Notes: a model not told the origin generated them from the sequence alone. 64,000 nucleotides of DNA from Hydrolagus affinis (GCA_012026655.1 JAAILG010000007.1:62001-126000), one strand, 5' to 3'. Counted from the stretch's first letter, positions 10,911-23,658 are shown. Numbers and translations: made by a program.

Positions 10911-11056
10911 GTAAGTGATTCCTTTTGATTTAAAAGCAAACTTTTTTCCTGTTAGAATTGACAGCGTTTTTTATTTTGCTTCCTTTTCACCTCTCGGCCT
11001 TTCACCGATCTGGGGGAATTAAAAAGGGTGTGTTGTTACACTTTTTTTTCACACAG

Positions 11057-11315
11057 GGCTTGAAAAATATGACTGTGGTAGAAGGTGAATCTGTGACCCT
11101 AGAGTGTGAGATCTCGGGACACCCAATCCCAGCAGTGATGTGGTTCAGAGAGGACTATCGCATTGAAAGTTCTATTGACTTCCAAATCGTCTTCGAAGCA
11201 GGCATCGCCCGTCTTACCATCAGAGAGGCCTTTGCAGAAGATAGTGGCCGCTTCACATGCACCGTCACTAATGAAGCTGGCACCATCAGTACCTCTTGCT
11301 ATCTTCTTGTTCAAG
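11057..11315 (+). CDS. ttn: titin exon 18 (Z-disc Ig)
   Basis: GLKNMTVVEGESVTLECEISGHP...SCYLLVQ; 259 nt. Confidence 0.96.
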
Positions 11316-11422
11316 GTAAGGATTTACTTAGCATTGGACCAAACGCAGCTTACGAAAATGCGTTGAATCGTTTTCAAAACCAGGTCTCTTAAACTGATTA
11401 GTTTCCATTTCAATGTTTGTAG

Positions 11423-11492
11423 TTTCAGAAGAAATTGAAAGCAGAGAGGAATGTTCTATTGTGACTGAGCAAATTGCTGCTGAAGGAAAAAG
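11423..11492 (+). CDS. ttn: titin exon 19
   Basis: VSEEIESREECSIVTEQIAAEGKR; 70 nt. Confidence 0.88.
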
Positions 11493-11675
11493 GTATGTAC
11501 ATTCTTTAAAGAATTCCCACAAGAATGGTGGTCCTGTTTGCTGTGTGTGCAATAATTCTTATTTCTGTACATTTTTAATCTAAGATATTTTTAAAACGTT
11601 GCTTGGCCACATATTTAACTTTTTATTCATCATTGAATAGTGCAGAAGAATTAAAATAAAATGCGTTACAATAGA

Positions 11676-11984
11676 TAATAATAATAATCCTTGCATTTGA
11701 TATAATGCTTTTCAAGTCTTCTGGACATCTAAAAGCTTCACAGAATATACTGCGAAAGTGAATTGACTGTATTTGTGGGCGAAATGTGGCAGCCAATTGT
11801 GCACAGCAGTGTCCCACAAACAGTCATGGATTGAATTGACCAATGTATTATAGAGTTTTTTTTGAGGGATTAATATTGGGCTTACGGAGTAAGGAAACTT
11901 ACCCAAGGTTTTGCCTTGCCTGGATTCGAACACAGGTCTCATGCTTGTAAGGCGAGTGCTCTAACCACTGAGCTACAGGGCTTC
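11676..11984 (-). mobile_element. tRNA-derived SINE, full length
   Basis: Reverse complement has A/B-box tRNA head (TAGCTCAGTGG...GTTCGAATCC) and AAATGCAAGGATTATTATT tail; similar to 26312 and 33541 copies. Confidence 0.85.
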
Positions 11985-12049
11985 ACCCATACCTACGGAT
12001 TTATCATCAAACCATATCTCCTATAACCTAAACATTTGCTTCTTTCAAG

Positions 12050-12259
12050 GGTTGAAATGAAGGTGGAAATTACAGAGTCCAGTATTACCCCTGAATCAGC
12101 TGACGCTGTGCCTGGAACCGCTCCGTTCTTTATCAGGAAACCAACAGTGCAAAAGCTGATTGAAGGTGGAAGTGTCATTTTCGATTGTCAAATTGGTGGC
12201 AGCCCCAAGCCACATGTTTATTGGAGAAAGGCTGGAATTCCACTGACTACCGGCTACAG
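12050..12259 (+). CDS. ttn: titin exon 20
   Basis: TAPFFIRKPTVQKLIEGGSVIFDCQIGGSPKPHVYW...TTGYR; 210 nt. Confidence 0.95.
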
Positions 12260-12601
12260 GTACCTGCGGAGCAGAAGCTAAATTCTCATTCATAGCCACT
12301 TTACTGTCACTGTTGATTACATTGCTGCTATCTTTCACTGCATTAAATTGGAACAGAAAGCACTGTAACAATAATCCTTACACTTTGAGATAGCGCCTTT
12401 CACATCAGGAGGATGTCCCCAAACACTTCACAGGAGATACAATAAAATTGTATTATCTGTGTATTTGTAGGCAAAACGTGTTAGCTGATCAGAAAAGGAT
12501 ATTGTTCTACATTACAAATTATTGTTTTATTTAAAACATTACTGAATAACCCTTTTAAAAATGATTAAAACAGCACAAATTAAATATTCAGATTTATATA
12601 A

Positions 12602-12870
12602 TACTAATAATAACAATACGTGCATTTGATATAGTGCTTTTCACATCTTCTAGACAGACTCAAACCGCTTCACAGAATATACTGTAAAGTGAATTGACTG
12701 TATATTTGTGGGCGAAACGCGGCAGCCAATTGCGCACAGCAACGTCCCAGAAACAGTTGTGGATTGGAATGACCAATTTTATTATTGTGTTTTTTTTTGG
12801 AGGGATGATTATTAAGCATGTGGAGTAAGGAAACAAGCCCAAGGTTTCGCACTGACCAGCCTGGATTCGA
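12602..12870 (-). mobile_element. tRNA-derived SINE, 5'-truncated
   Basis: Same family as 11676-11984. Confidence 0.8.
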
Positions 12871-13036
12871 GATTTAACTCCTTTATGATGAGGACAAGAT
12901 ACTTAAAACAACCACAGAGCAGTGTTATTCCTTTCAATGGATGTCCCAGTGAAAATAACCTAATTTTTTTGCTTGGAATAGTGAAGCTGCTAATTCTGCT
13001 GGAGCTTTCAATGGAAAGTGTTTTGTTTCTCCGCAG

Positions 13037-13179
13037 ATACAAAGTGAGGTACAACAAGGAAATTGGAGAATGCCAGCTGGAAATCTCCATGACCTTTGCA
13101 GATGATGCTGGTGAATACTCCATTGTTGCTCGCAATCAACAGGGAGAAGTTTTTGCTTCAGCTCAATTAATGGAAGAAG
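13037..13179 (+). CDS. ttn: titin exon 21
   Basis: YKVRYNKEIGECQLEISMTFADDAGEY; 143 nt. Confidence 0.95.
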
Positions 13180-13530
13180 GTACGTAGCCATTAACACCAT
13201 TGATAAAAGCGTATATGGTTTGCAAGCTAAATCTCACACGTTGAATGGAGATTTAATTACCAATGAGAAACCAAGTCCTTCAAGAATTTTTTTGAAAACA
13301 AAAATAACTTTCAGCTTATGAATGGTCAGACAATTTGCCTTTACTTTGAAATGTAAGATTTAAAATATGTAATTTAATTTGTTGTTTCAAACTAGAGGAT
13401 ACTTCAAAGTACTGTATGTATTTAAAAGATTTGTGTCATCGCGATCTTTTGGTTTTTATGATTGGTTAAATGGATAGTAACATTTTTGTAACTTGTAGGC
13501 TGCTTTAATTCTTATTTCATTTATTTCTAG

Positions 13531-13727
13531 ACGAATACGAAGCTTACATGAAGCAGCACCAGGAAGTAACATATCGAACAGAAATATCTACACAATATGT
13601 ACAACAACCCAAAGTTGCAGAAGTAGCACCAGTCATTTCGATGACTGAATATGATAAAGAACAAATACTAATCAGAAAGAAAATGGGAAAAAGTTCCGTT
13701 ATGATGAAATCCATAACTGAAGAGCAG
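13531..13727 (+). CDS. ttn: titin exon 22
   Basis: EYEAYMKQHQEV...EYDKEQILIRKKMGK; 197 nt. Confidence 0.93.
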
Positions 13728-14289
13728 GTGAGGCTCATCTTAAATTGAATTCCTACAAACCGAGAAATCTGCTGAACACCAATACTTTATTCATCAGATT
13801 GGCTTGCTTATTTGGAATTGCTCTTAAATTAAAGATACATTTCAAAATAAAGTGGTGTGCATTTTGTGCAATTATTTAATAATAATAATCATTGCATTTG
13901 ATACAGCACCTTATCATGTCTTTGTGGTTTCTCAAAGGGCTTCACAGAAATTATTGTTTTAATTAATTAGTGCTTCACAATTCACAGAATTGACTGCATT
14001 TTGTAGATGAAAGGTGGCAGCCATTTGCACACAGCCTTCCCACAAAAAGACACAGAGATTTGTGTGTCTTTCGAATGGCCTCCACCAATGAACAGTTTGT
14101 TTAAGAAATGTAGTTTTAAAGTAGATTTTCTGGTGCTAATTTTGCAACATGCTTAATTTTTCAGGCTGACTTCAGTTGAAAGTATTTCTTTAGATGTATG
14201 TTGCCTCGTTCCTTCTAGTTGACTTATTGGCTGCTTAACAAAGTTTCAAAAAGTTTATCATCTATAATAGATTTCTTTGCTTTCTCCAG

Positions 14290-14520
14290 GAATATCACAT
14301 TTCTGCATTTGAAGAAAGACTTATTAAAGAAATTGAATTTCGAATCATTAAGATTACTCTGGAGGAACTTCTTGAGGAAGATGGAGAAGTAATGTCCATG
14401 GACTTTTCTGAAGATGAATCTATTGAACCCGGATTTGACTCAACGGTGAAAAGCTACAGAATTCTCGAGGGAAGAGTGGCTATGTTTCATTGCAAGCTCT
14501 CTGGTTACCCATTGCCCAAG
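14290..14520 (+). CDS. ttn: titin exon 23
   Basis: EYHISAFEERLIKEIEFRII...FHCKLSGYPLPK; 231 nt. Confidence 0.95.
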
Positions 14521-14606
14521 GTAAGCAGTTATACCCTAAAACAAGTGGAGTTAAAAAGACGACATTTAAATGTTGGTGCTCGAATACAGTAATTAATATA
14601 AAAGTA

Positions 14607-14845
14607 CAGGTAGACCTCACTAAACGTTGCTTCGGTCAATATTGTTTGTTATTACGTCGCTGATACATAGTGGGACATATGTTCGTTTAATGTTGCAACG
14701 TTCGCGATTACATCGTTCGCGCAGGTGGAAACAAATTACTTTGAGCAGCGTGGGCATGTGTAGCCGCCGATCGTCCGGTGGATTCGCTTAACGTTGTTTC
14801 GCACTTTTCGCGAATGCAGCTGCGACGTTAAGCGAGGACTGACTG
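14607..14845. mobile_element. Tigger/pogo-like non-autonomous DNA transposon (MITE)
   Basis: Imperfect terminal inverted repeats CAGGTAGACCTCACTAAACGTTGC / GCGACGTTAAGCGAGGACTGACTG, preceded by TA; CpG-rich versus AT-rich intron. Confidence 0.55.
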
Positions 14846-14911
14846 AGTGTATATTTTGATTTGTTTCTGTAGTCATTTGATTGTGAGATTAAACCATTGC
14901 CCTATTCACAG

Positions 14912-15156
14912 ATCGCGTGGTTTAAAGATGGACGGCGTCTCAGACAAGGAAACCATTATCACATGAAGGTTACCGAGGATGGCAAGGCCAGCCTCCATAT
15001 TGCTGCAGCCGTGCCCGAGGATGAGGGGATCTACACTGTATTTGCCAGCAACATCAAAGGCAATGCTATCTGTTCAGGAAAACTCTTCATCGAACCTGTT
15101 GGAACTTCAACAGGCCATGCTTACCTACCAACCACTGAAGTAATGAAGAGAATCCG
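14912..15156 (+). CDS. ttn: titin exon 24
   Basis: IAWFKDGRRL...PEDEGIYTVFASNIKGNAICSGKLFIEP; 245 nt. Confidence 0.95.
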
Positions 15157-15280
15157 GTACGCTCTGCTTGATATCTTCAATCCCCGGGTTCGCTTCTGTT
15201 TTGATGTTTAGAAAATGTCTAATTTGTGAGGGATCTCTCATTATAAGTGATTCCTTTAAATGTCGTTCTCTGCTCTTTAG

Positions 15281-15477
15281 TTCTGCGTCTCCACGATCGC
15301 CAAGCCGTTCACCCGGACGAAGGCTGGAAGACACAGACGAGTCTCAACTGGAGAGACTATACAAACCCGTGTTTGTCTTGAAACCCACGTCTTTCAAATG
15401 TTGCGAGGGACAGACAGCTAGATTTGACCTCAAGGTTGTTGGCAGACCCATGCCGGAGACATTGTGGTTTCACAATG
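15281..15477 (+). CDS. ttn: titin exon 25 (SP-repeat plus Ig start)
   Basis: SASPRSPSRSPGRRLEDTDESQLERLYKPVFVLKP; 197 nt. Confidence 0.94.
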
Positions 15478-15643
15478 GTAAGAACAGTACATTTAAAACA
15501 ACAACAGCAAAATTATATTTGTATCGTGCCTTTCACGTCGGTGGGGACTTGAAGAATCTAATTGTATAGAAGTAACTTTGGGGATCACTTCCTAATCTGA
15601 GACTAAACGGACATATAATTTGAGAATTTTTTTCTTATCGCAG

Positions 15644-15808
15644 GCGTCCAAGTTGTCAACGATTACACTCACAAAATTGTGGTGAAGGAAGACGGGATTC
15701 AATCCCTGATCATTGTGCCCGCTCTGCCTAGCGATTCTGGTGAATGGATTGTCATTGCTCAGAACAGAGGTGGCAAGACCTCAGTTTCCATGACACTCAG
15801 TGTAGAAG
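15644..15808 (+). CDS. ttn: titin exon 26
   Basis: VQVVNDYTHKIVVKEDGIQSLIIVPA; 165 nt. Confidence 0.95.
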
Positions 15809-15941
15809 GTAAGTCAGCGGTGATTTCTGTCCTGTGCAGACTTAGTACAATGTATTCTGGTGTTATACTTTTAAATAGGTACATTTTAGGTAGTTTGCAG
15901 CTATTTTTTAACAATAACTTGATTTTTTTTTTGCTTTGCAG

Positions 15942-16110
15942 CTAAGGAACATTTGGTGAAACCACAGTTCGTGGAGAAATTGAAAAACGTCAGTGTTAAA
16001 GAGGGGACACCTGTTGCAATGTCAGTCAAAGCAGCCGGGAATCCCAACCCTGATATTGTGTGGCTCAAAAATAGTGAGATCATTGCAGCTCACAAATACC
16101 CAAACATCAA
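15942..16110 (+). CDS. ttn: titin exon 27
   Basis: KEHLVKPQFVEKLKNVSVKEG...HKYPNI; 169 nt. Confidence 0.95.
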
Positions 16111-16204
16111 GTAAGTGTACTGCAAAGGAAAACCGTTGTTAGTGATAAAGGCAACGTGGGCAAATGTGGTGTGTTTTTTAACTCTCACCTTCTTGCACTT
16201 TCAG

Positions 16205-17898
16205 AATTGAAGGCGCCAAGGGAGAAGGTGCTCTCAAAATACAGTCCGCAGCTAGTTATGATGCTGCCTGGTACACTGCTACTGCCATCAATAAAGCAGG
16301 TCGAGACACAACCAGGTGTAAACTCAATGTCGAACTCGAGTTTTCTGAACCTGAGCCAGAACGCAGACTAATCATTCCCAAGGGCACATACAAAGCCAAA
16401 GAGATATCCGCTCCTGAGCTCGAGCCCCTCCACCTCCGCTACGGGCAAGAGCAGTGGGAAGAGGGTGACTTGTACGATAAGGAGAAACAGCAGAAGCCCC
16501 GTTTCAAGAAGAAGACCAATTCGGTTCGACTCAAGTATTTTTCCACAGCCCACTTCGAGTGCCGACTCACGCCAATCGGTGACCCGACCATGGTGGTGGA
16601 GTGGTTGCACGACAGCAAACCCCTTGCCGCGGCCAACAGGCTTCGCATGATCAACGAATTTGGCTATTGCAGCCTTGACTACGAGGTGGCTTATCCCAGG
16701 GACAGCGGCATCATCACCTGCAGGGCGACCAACAAGTACGGTGTCGATCAGACGTCAGCCACACTTATTGTGAAAGACGAGAAGAGCCTTGTGGAAGAGT
16801 CTCAGTTGCCCGAGGGCAGGAGGGGAATGCAGCGGATCGAAGAGCTTGAAAGAATCGCTCATGAAGGTACTCTGGCCGGTGTGTCTGAAGACCTTGGAAA
16901 AGAACAAACGGTGCCTGAAATCGTTTTGTTCCCAGAACCAGCGAGGGTTTTGGAAATGGAAACCGCTCGCTACCGTTGCCGCGTCACAGGGTACCCACAT
17001 CCCAAAGTCAACTGGTACCTCAATGGCCAACTCATTCGCAAGAGCAAACGGTTCAGAGTCCACTACGACGGTATCTACTACTTGGAAATTGTCGACTGCA
17101 AATCGTACGATGCAGGCGATGTCAAGATAACCGCTGAGAATCCCAAGGGGGTCGTCGAACATATCGTTAAGCTGGAAGTGACACAAAGAGAAGATTTCAG
17201 GTCCATCCTCCGTCGAGCCCCAGAACACAAAGCTGAAATGGGACTCTCAGATATCAACAAGCCGTTCTTTGAAGTGGTGAAGGTAGAGAAACAAGCCGAT
17301 GCAAAGAGCAAAGAAGTCGTGATGCTCAAAAAGGCTGAACGGATATATCACGAGAAACACACGGAGGAAACTGAGGAGCTACGCAGCAAGTTCAAGCGTA
17401 GAAAGGAGGAGGGTTATTATGAAGCTATTACGGCGGTTGAGCTCAAGTCACGCAGAAAGGATGAGGCCTATGAAGATATGTTAAGGAAACGGAAGGACGA
17501 ACTTCTTCACTGGACCAAAGAGGTGCCCGAGGAGGAAAAGAAACCACCACCTCCCGAAGGCACTGTGACCATCCCAACCTTCAAACCAGACAGAATTCAG
17601 TTATCGCCAAGCATGGAAGCCCCCAAGATCTTCGAGCGCATTCAAAGTCAGACAGTTGCTCAAGGAGATGAAGCTCATTTCCGTGTCAGAGTGGTGGGCA
17701 GGCCGGATCCCGAATGCCAGTGGTTTAAGAATGGTGTCAAGATAGAAAAGTCCAAACGAATCTACTGGTACTGGCCTGAAGACAATGTCTGTGAACTTGT
17801 GCTCCAAGATGTTGTACCCGACGATTCGGCCAGTATCATGGTGAAAGCCATCAATGTGGCTGGAGAAATCTCAAGCCATGCTTTCCTGCTCGTACAAG
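16205..17898 (+). CDS. ttn: titin exon 28 (last Z-disc Igs, linker and I1)
   Basis: 1694 nt; [16 protein letters not shown]...[16 protein letters not shown]...SSHAFLLVQ. Confidence 0.97.
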
Positions 17899-17911
17899 GT
17901 ACATTACAATA

Positions 17912-18245
17912 CTAAATTACATTTTTATAGTCCCTTTCATATAGAGAGAGGATGTCCCAAGGCGCTGGGCGGTCAGGGATTTGGACCCAAGCAGTGGGGT
18001 TGGGGGCGGGTGGGGGGGTGGATTGGGATCCAGGAGGGCGGATAGAGGACAGGGAGGATGGAAGGTATGTGCGGTTGAACAGGAGTTTCTTGAAACGTGC
18101 TTTGATAGAGGCAAAGGAGTGAGGTGAAGGGAATGTAGGATGGAGTTCTTAAGGGTGGAGGCAGAGAGACTGAATGCTCGACTGCCAATGCCGGACAGAG
18201 GACTTGGCGGAGGCCGGAGCACATTGAGCGGAGTGAGCGGACAGG
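17912..18245 (-). mobile_element. L2-type 3'-end fragment
   Basis: Reverse tail AATTACATTTTTATAGTCCCTTTCAT...GTCCCAAGGCGCTG followed by G-rich L2-like body. Confidence 0.55.
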
Positions 18246-18344
18246 TTGACTATAGATATTTCATGATGCGCTGAGCAATGTAAGACTAAACACACAATTT
18301 TTTTGTTTTGTTGCCCGATGATGACGGTTTATTTTTTTTTACAG

Positions 18345-18626
18345 CCAAGCAAATAATTACATTTACTCAGGAGCTGCACGACATCCATGCAAAAGAGAAC
18401 GCTACAATGGCAGCGTTTGAGTGTGAATTGAGTGAACCGTTCTTCAAGGTGGAATGGTATAAGAATGGTGTGCACATCGCTAACAGTGAAAAATATCGAA
18501 CACATTCGGACCGAAGAATTCATTTCCTATCTGTATTGGGTATTGAAGTGAGCGATGCTGCAGAATACACCTGTGCTCTCATTGAAGATAATTCTATACA
18601 ATCCACAGCTAAGATGACTGTTGAAG
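18345..18626 (+). CDS. ttn: titin exon 29 (I2)
   Basis: KQIITFTQELHDIHAKE; 282 nt, phase 1/1. Confidence 0.95.
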
Positions 18627-19017
18627 GTAAGCGCAAGAAAATTGTCAAGAATAAAGCAATAAATTTAGTCACCCTAAATTGAAAACAGTGATCAAACTTC
18701 ATAACATTTCGTTACAATCATTTAGTTAAAAAAAATACTGAGAACTTTCTTTTTTTCCACATTGTGCACAGTGGCAATTTATACATTTATTATTTGCAAA
18801 TAGTGCACATTCGAACATTTTAAGCTCATTTTAATTTACTATGGAGTAATGATATACTATATATATATATATATATATATATGTACCTGTTCTTTGCTTC
18901 CAATGAAACCTTGATAATCATTTTCCTACCTTATTGGAGAAGAAAATTGTTGAGCAATGTTTGAATATTGGTGTCATGTTATAGTTGCTTAATCACAAAC
19001 CCTTTGTATTCATGCAG

Positions 19018-19284
19018 CGACTGTTCACAAGTTCATCACTGAGCTTACGGACTTAGAAGTTTCAGAATCCTACTCGGGTGATTTAGAATGTGTCTTCTCA
19101 CGCGAAGATGCACAAGGCAAATGGTACAAAGGTGACGTGGAGATCCACAGCAGCGGCAAATACTACATGTCTTCTCGTCGTGGCCGTCACCTTCTTACTG
19201 TCAAGGATGTTGTGAAGGAAGATCAGGGTTTATACAGCTTTGTCATCAATGGCGAAAGGACAAGTTGCAACCTGAAGATGAAAC
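19018..19284 (+). CDS. ttn: titin exon 30 (I3)
   Basis: TVHKFITELTDLEVSESYSGDLEC...SSRRGRHLLTVKDV; 267 nt; not in ORF track. Confidence 0.93.
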
Positions 19285-19362
19285 GTAAGTGAACTGTTCC
19301 GTATGCATAAGAAAGTTGCCGAGAGAAACATGAACTGACTCGAGCATTTTCTGCAATGTATT

Positions 19363-19630
19363 TCAGGCAGGTCAGGGCGAAGGCTTGTGCAAGTTTTCTT
19401 ACTCCACAAGCCTAATAATAATCCCTCCAAAAGAACACAATAATAAAATTGGTCATTTCAATCTACAACTGGTAGTGGGACACTGCTGTGCGCAATTGAC
19501 TGCCACGTTTTTGCACACAAATATACAGTCAATTCACTTTACTGTATATTCTGTGAAGCGCTTTGAGTCTGTCTAGAAGATGTGAAAAGCGCTATATCAA
19601 ATGCAAGGATTATTATTATTATTATTATTA
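19363..19630 (+). mobile_element. tRNA-derived SINE, 5'-truncated
   Basis: Same family body and (ATT)n tail. Confidence 0.8.
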
Positions 19631-19871
19631 GATGCACAGAGACGTGGGTTTAACTGACACCGAAATTGTGCCACACAAAATTAAAGCTGTCCGTGAATTT
19701 AAAGAATCTGGATTTAGAAAAATTACTGGGGGTTACAACAACAATAAGAACAACAAATGATACCTGTATAGCAAGCTTCACATTGGAAAGATGTCCCAGG
19801 ACACTGGACAACCAGGGTTTTTCAGATCCGAGCTGGGCTATTGACTTAAATCCATTTTTCTCATTTTGTAG

Positions 19872-20144
19872 CGATCGCTGTGACAATCCTCCATGGCCTT
19901 GCAGACCAAACGATTTGTGAGGGAGATATTGCCCAATTTGAAGCGAAATTCTCTCAAGAGAATGTTGAAGGTGTCTGGATGAAGGACGGCTGTGTACTGC
20001 AGGCGAATGAGCGCATTCACATTGTGATTGACAAAGCTTCACATATGCTGTTCATCGAGGATGCCATGAAAGATGATGGTGGCACCTATTCATTTCACGT
20101 CACTGATTTTGACCTCTCAACATCTGCACGTTTAAGTGTGCAGC
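19872..20144 (+). CDS. ttn: titin exon 31 (I4)
   Basis: IAVTILHGLADQTICEGDIAQFE; 273 nt. Confidence 0.95.
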
Positions 20145-20244
20145 GTAAGTATTCATTTATTTATCAAAATATATATCTATACATATACACACATATATAT
20201 AAGTAAAGTCTTAAACAAATAAGAAATAACTAAACAACAAATAA

Positions 20245-20388
20245 CTAATAAGTCTTAAACAAATGAGGATTTCATTCCAGACAATAGGGTAGTTATCACA
20301 ACTTTTTCATCATACATATATGACCAAAAGGTTGTGGCAATTACCCTATTACCTAACATAAAATCCTCATCTATTTAAGACTTATTAG
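20245..20388. repeat. 144-nt imperfect palindrome (MITE-like hairpin)
   Basis: Arms CTAATAAGTCTTAAA...ATGAGGATTT...AATAGGGTA...CACAAC and its reverse complement. Confidence 0.85.
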
Positions 20389-20529
20389 ACATTGAAATTG
20401 TATCATGACTTTTTGATCATCGCGTGTGTGTCTGTGTATGTGTGTAAATTATTATACTTTTACTCGATTCTCAATTCATATTGTATGTACGAATATTAAC
20501 AATTTACTTTTTTTTGTTGCTCTGTTCAG

Positions 20530-20793
20530 GCGTCGATATTGTGATCCCCCTTAAAGATCTTCACGTTGTTGAAGGGACAAAGGCAGTTTTAGAATGCAAA
20601 GTCTCAGTCCCGCATATTACGTCCTTCAAGTGGTTCTTTAACGACGAACAGATTCAGTTGAACGACCGGTTGCAGAGTGTGGCCAAAGGAGCTAAGCAGC
20701 GGCTGGCGATCAACAGGACATTTGCTTCTGATGAAGGGCACTACAAGCTTGTCATTGGCAAAACTGAAACTAGCTGCAAACTCACAGTTGAAC
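20530..20793 (+). CDS. ttn: titin exon 32 (I5)
   Basis: VDIVIPLKDLHVVEGTKAVLECKVSVP; 264 nt. Confidence 0.95.
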
Positions 20794-21165
20794 GTAGGTG
20801 CCCCCGTTTATATATCACAACAACAACAAAATTACATTTGTATTGCGCCTTTCACATCGTGAGGATATCCCAAGCTGCCGAAATATATGAAATTGGTTGA
20901 GGGATTTGCTTTATTGATTTCTTTTTATTAACACTTTGTTTTAACCCTCTGCTCTTCCTTGTCCCCTTCATTCCCCATCTTCAGATGGCGCCTGACGATC
21001 TTCCTATTTGACCGTGCCTACGGTCACCTCCCCATTCCTCTCCCCTCCCACCCACTGCCGGCTTGGCGTCGTGCTCCGTCACTGTCAAGTTCTCTGGGAC
21101 GCTACCCTGTGCTATATAAGTGCAAGTTGTTGTTTTCAGAATGTGTACCCTTTCTATCTAAATAG

Positions 21166-21426
21166 GAATCCAAATTATTCGAGGACTCAAGAACGTGACC
21201 TGCACAGAGACACAGAACATAACGTTCGAGGCCGAGTTGTCTCACACAGGGATCGACGTGGCGTGGATGTTCCGAAGCCAAGAACTCAAACCAGGTCCCA
21301 ACTGCAAAGTGAAAACACACGGCAAAATCTACAAGTTGATCCTGCTGAACGTCATGAAAGACGAGGAGGGAGAATACACATTTTCTGCTGGCGATAAGAC
21401 CTCGAAAGCAAACCTGATAGTCTCAG
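21166..21426 (+). CDS. ttn: titin exon 33 (I6)
   Basis: IQIIRGLKNVTCTETQNITFEAELSH; 261 nt. Confidence 0.95.
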
Positions 21427-21622
21427 GTAGGAAGTGATTTCTCCTATTAGTTTCCAAGTGCAAGTTTACAAGTCAAACACTTCCAATGAAGTCTGAGTCA
21501 AAGCTAGAGAAAAGCGTTGTTAGAATTTGTATTAACAGGGTCCTTGTTGCACAGTATTATTAATCATTCATTCTATCCAGGAAGATATTTTGCTTCATTC
21601 TGTTATTTATGTGCGCCTGCAG

Positions 21623-21883
21623 GTGGTGCTATCAGCAAGCCTCTCATGGATCAAACTGTGGCTGAATCACAGCAAGCGATCTTTGAATGTGAAGTTGCCA
21701 GTGAATACTCTGAGGGAATATGGCTGAGGGATGGCAAGCCAATAAACTTCACTAACGTAATCCGAAAAGAAAATGTTGGAGTTAGGAGACGTCTCATATT
21801 TGAGATCACCAAGTCTGAAGATGCAGCTGAGTATTCATACCAAATTGCAACCTCTAAGACATCTGCTCAACTGAAGGTTGAAG
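21623..21883 (+). CDS. ttn: titin exon 34 (I7)
   Basis: GAISKPLMDQTVAESQQAIFECEVA; 261 nt. Confidence 0.95.
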
Positions 21884-22629
21884 GTCAGTATTAATAATAA
21901 TAATCCTTGCATTTGATATAGCAGTTTTCACATCTTCTAGATGTCTCAAAGTGCTTCACAGAATATACTGTAATGTGAATTGACTGTATATTGTTGGGTG
22001 AATTGCAGCAGCCAATTGCGTACAGCAGTGTCCCACAAACAATTATGGATTAAAAGAATAAAGGAGATACCTTTATTTGTGGACACTTGGTTAAGAAATG
22101 GAGATGTCATTTGAAACATTCCTGCTTTTTTTTTCATTGATACTTCAAGCTCCAAATTGAAATACAAAATGTTAATATATTTAGTGAAATCATAATTGCC
22201 CTCCTATGCACTCCATTTGTGAGCTATGGAAGTAAACTTGTTCTAATTAATGCTTTGGCTACTTTTAAATGATTATCACAAGCCTAGAACATGCTTTAAA
22301 TATTCATCATTATATCAAGTGTGTCACTTTCCTCAGACTCGATTGAAATTCCCTTGATGTTGATGAGGATTTAAATCCATTGGACTATTTCATTCCTAAA
22401 TACTGCTATTACAATTGAAGTGTCTAGAGTGATTAGCGATATGAATCAGTCTGTCAGGGCCATAAAATGTCATCACCATGTTTAAAGTACCATTACACGG
22501 CAGATTTATGGCTGCAATAAGATTAAGGACTTATTCTGGTTGCATGGTTTTGAATACACTTGATACATTTCATGCTGCTGTTTTTTAATGCCTTTAGTTT
22601 TCTCATTTTTTCTTGATCATCTAAAGTCC

Positions 22630-22925
22630 TTCGGATGAGATGTTAAAACCAATGTCCCATCTGTCTGATTATGGGCACATTAAAGATCCTGTTGTACGCT
22701 TTGAAACGAGAAGGGAGTTCTCCTCTCTATCTAGGTCCAGGCCAACAATCCACTCAATAAAATTGGTCGCTCACTCCATGGCTGTTTGTGGGATATTGCT
22801 GTGTGCAATTAGCTGCCGGTTTCGCCCACAAAACACACAGTCATTCCACTTTACAGAATATCCTGTGAAGCACTTTGAGGCATCCTTCCGACTTGATGAG
22901 GTAGAAAGATTATTATTATTGTTGT
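22630..22925 (+). mobile_element. Deu-domain SINE fragment
   Basis: CTTCGGATGAGATGTTAAAACC...AAAGATCC...GGCTGTTTGTGGGATATTGCTGTGTGCAATT core plus tail. Confidence 0.6.
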
Positions 22926-22944
22926 AATAAGAAACGGTGAGTCA

Positions 22945-23230
22945 TTGAGGAGTGTGCTCTACAAGTGGCAATGTATCTGATGTTTCCCCAACTAAGTCGT
23001 CAACCTGTGCTGAGGAACCAGTAGATTCCTTGATTTAATGCAGATCCCAATCCTGCCTTCACCTGACGTGTGTAATCCTTGGCTAAACTTTCCTCCAACT
23101 ATCCTGGCGTGCTGAGGCAGATTGTAGAGCTCCAACCACCGCAAGGTTGAGACACACTGACTCAGCCAAAGATAAGAGATCAACCTGGGATTTTCCTGGT
23201 TGGTATCTACCCACCAGGCCATCGGTGAAA
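22945..23230 (-). mobile_element. possible old LF-SINE-like element
   Basis: GGTTGAGACACACTGACTCAGCC...GATCAACCTGGGA resembles recalled reverse LF-SINE head; weak. Confidence 0.3.
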
Positions 23231-23394
23231 CCGTGACGACATATTCTTTATTGACCAAGAATTTTCAAACCCGATTTATGTTTTGCAAATGAGACTTGGA
23301 CTTCCAACATCTTTAAACAGTGGCCTAAACATGCATTATACATGAAAATTGCTTGCGTCAAACCAATTGTATTGTTGATGATGTGTTTGTGCAG

Positions 23395-23658
23395 CTGTCA
23401 AGATAAAGAAAACTTTGAAGAACCAGACAGTTACAGAAACCCAAGAGGCAGGTTTTATCTTGGAACTTACACATCCAGATGTATCCGGAGCCCAGTGGAT
23501 CAAAAACGGGGAAGAACTTAAATCTAGTGACAAATACGAGATTACGGTGCAAGGACTTGTTCATACACTCAAAATTAAGAATTGTGTAGTAACAGATGAA
23601 TCTGTCTACAACTTCAAACTCGGCAGATTGTCAGCCAATGCCAGGCTTCACGTTGAAA
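23395..23658 (+). CDS. ttn: titin exon 35 (I8)
   Basis: VKIKKTLKNQTVTETQEAGFILELTHP; 264 nt. Confidence 0.95.
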
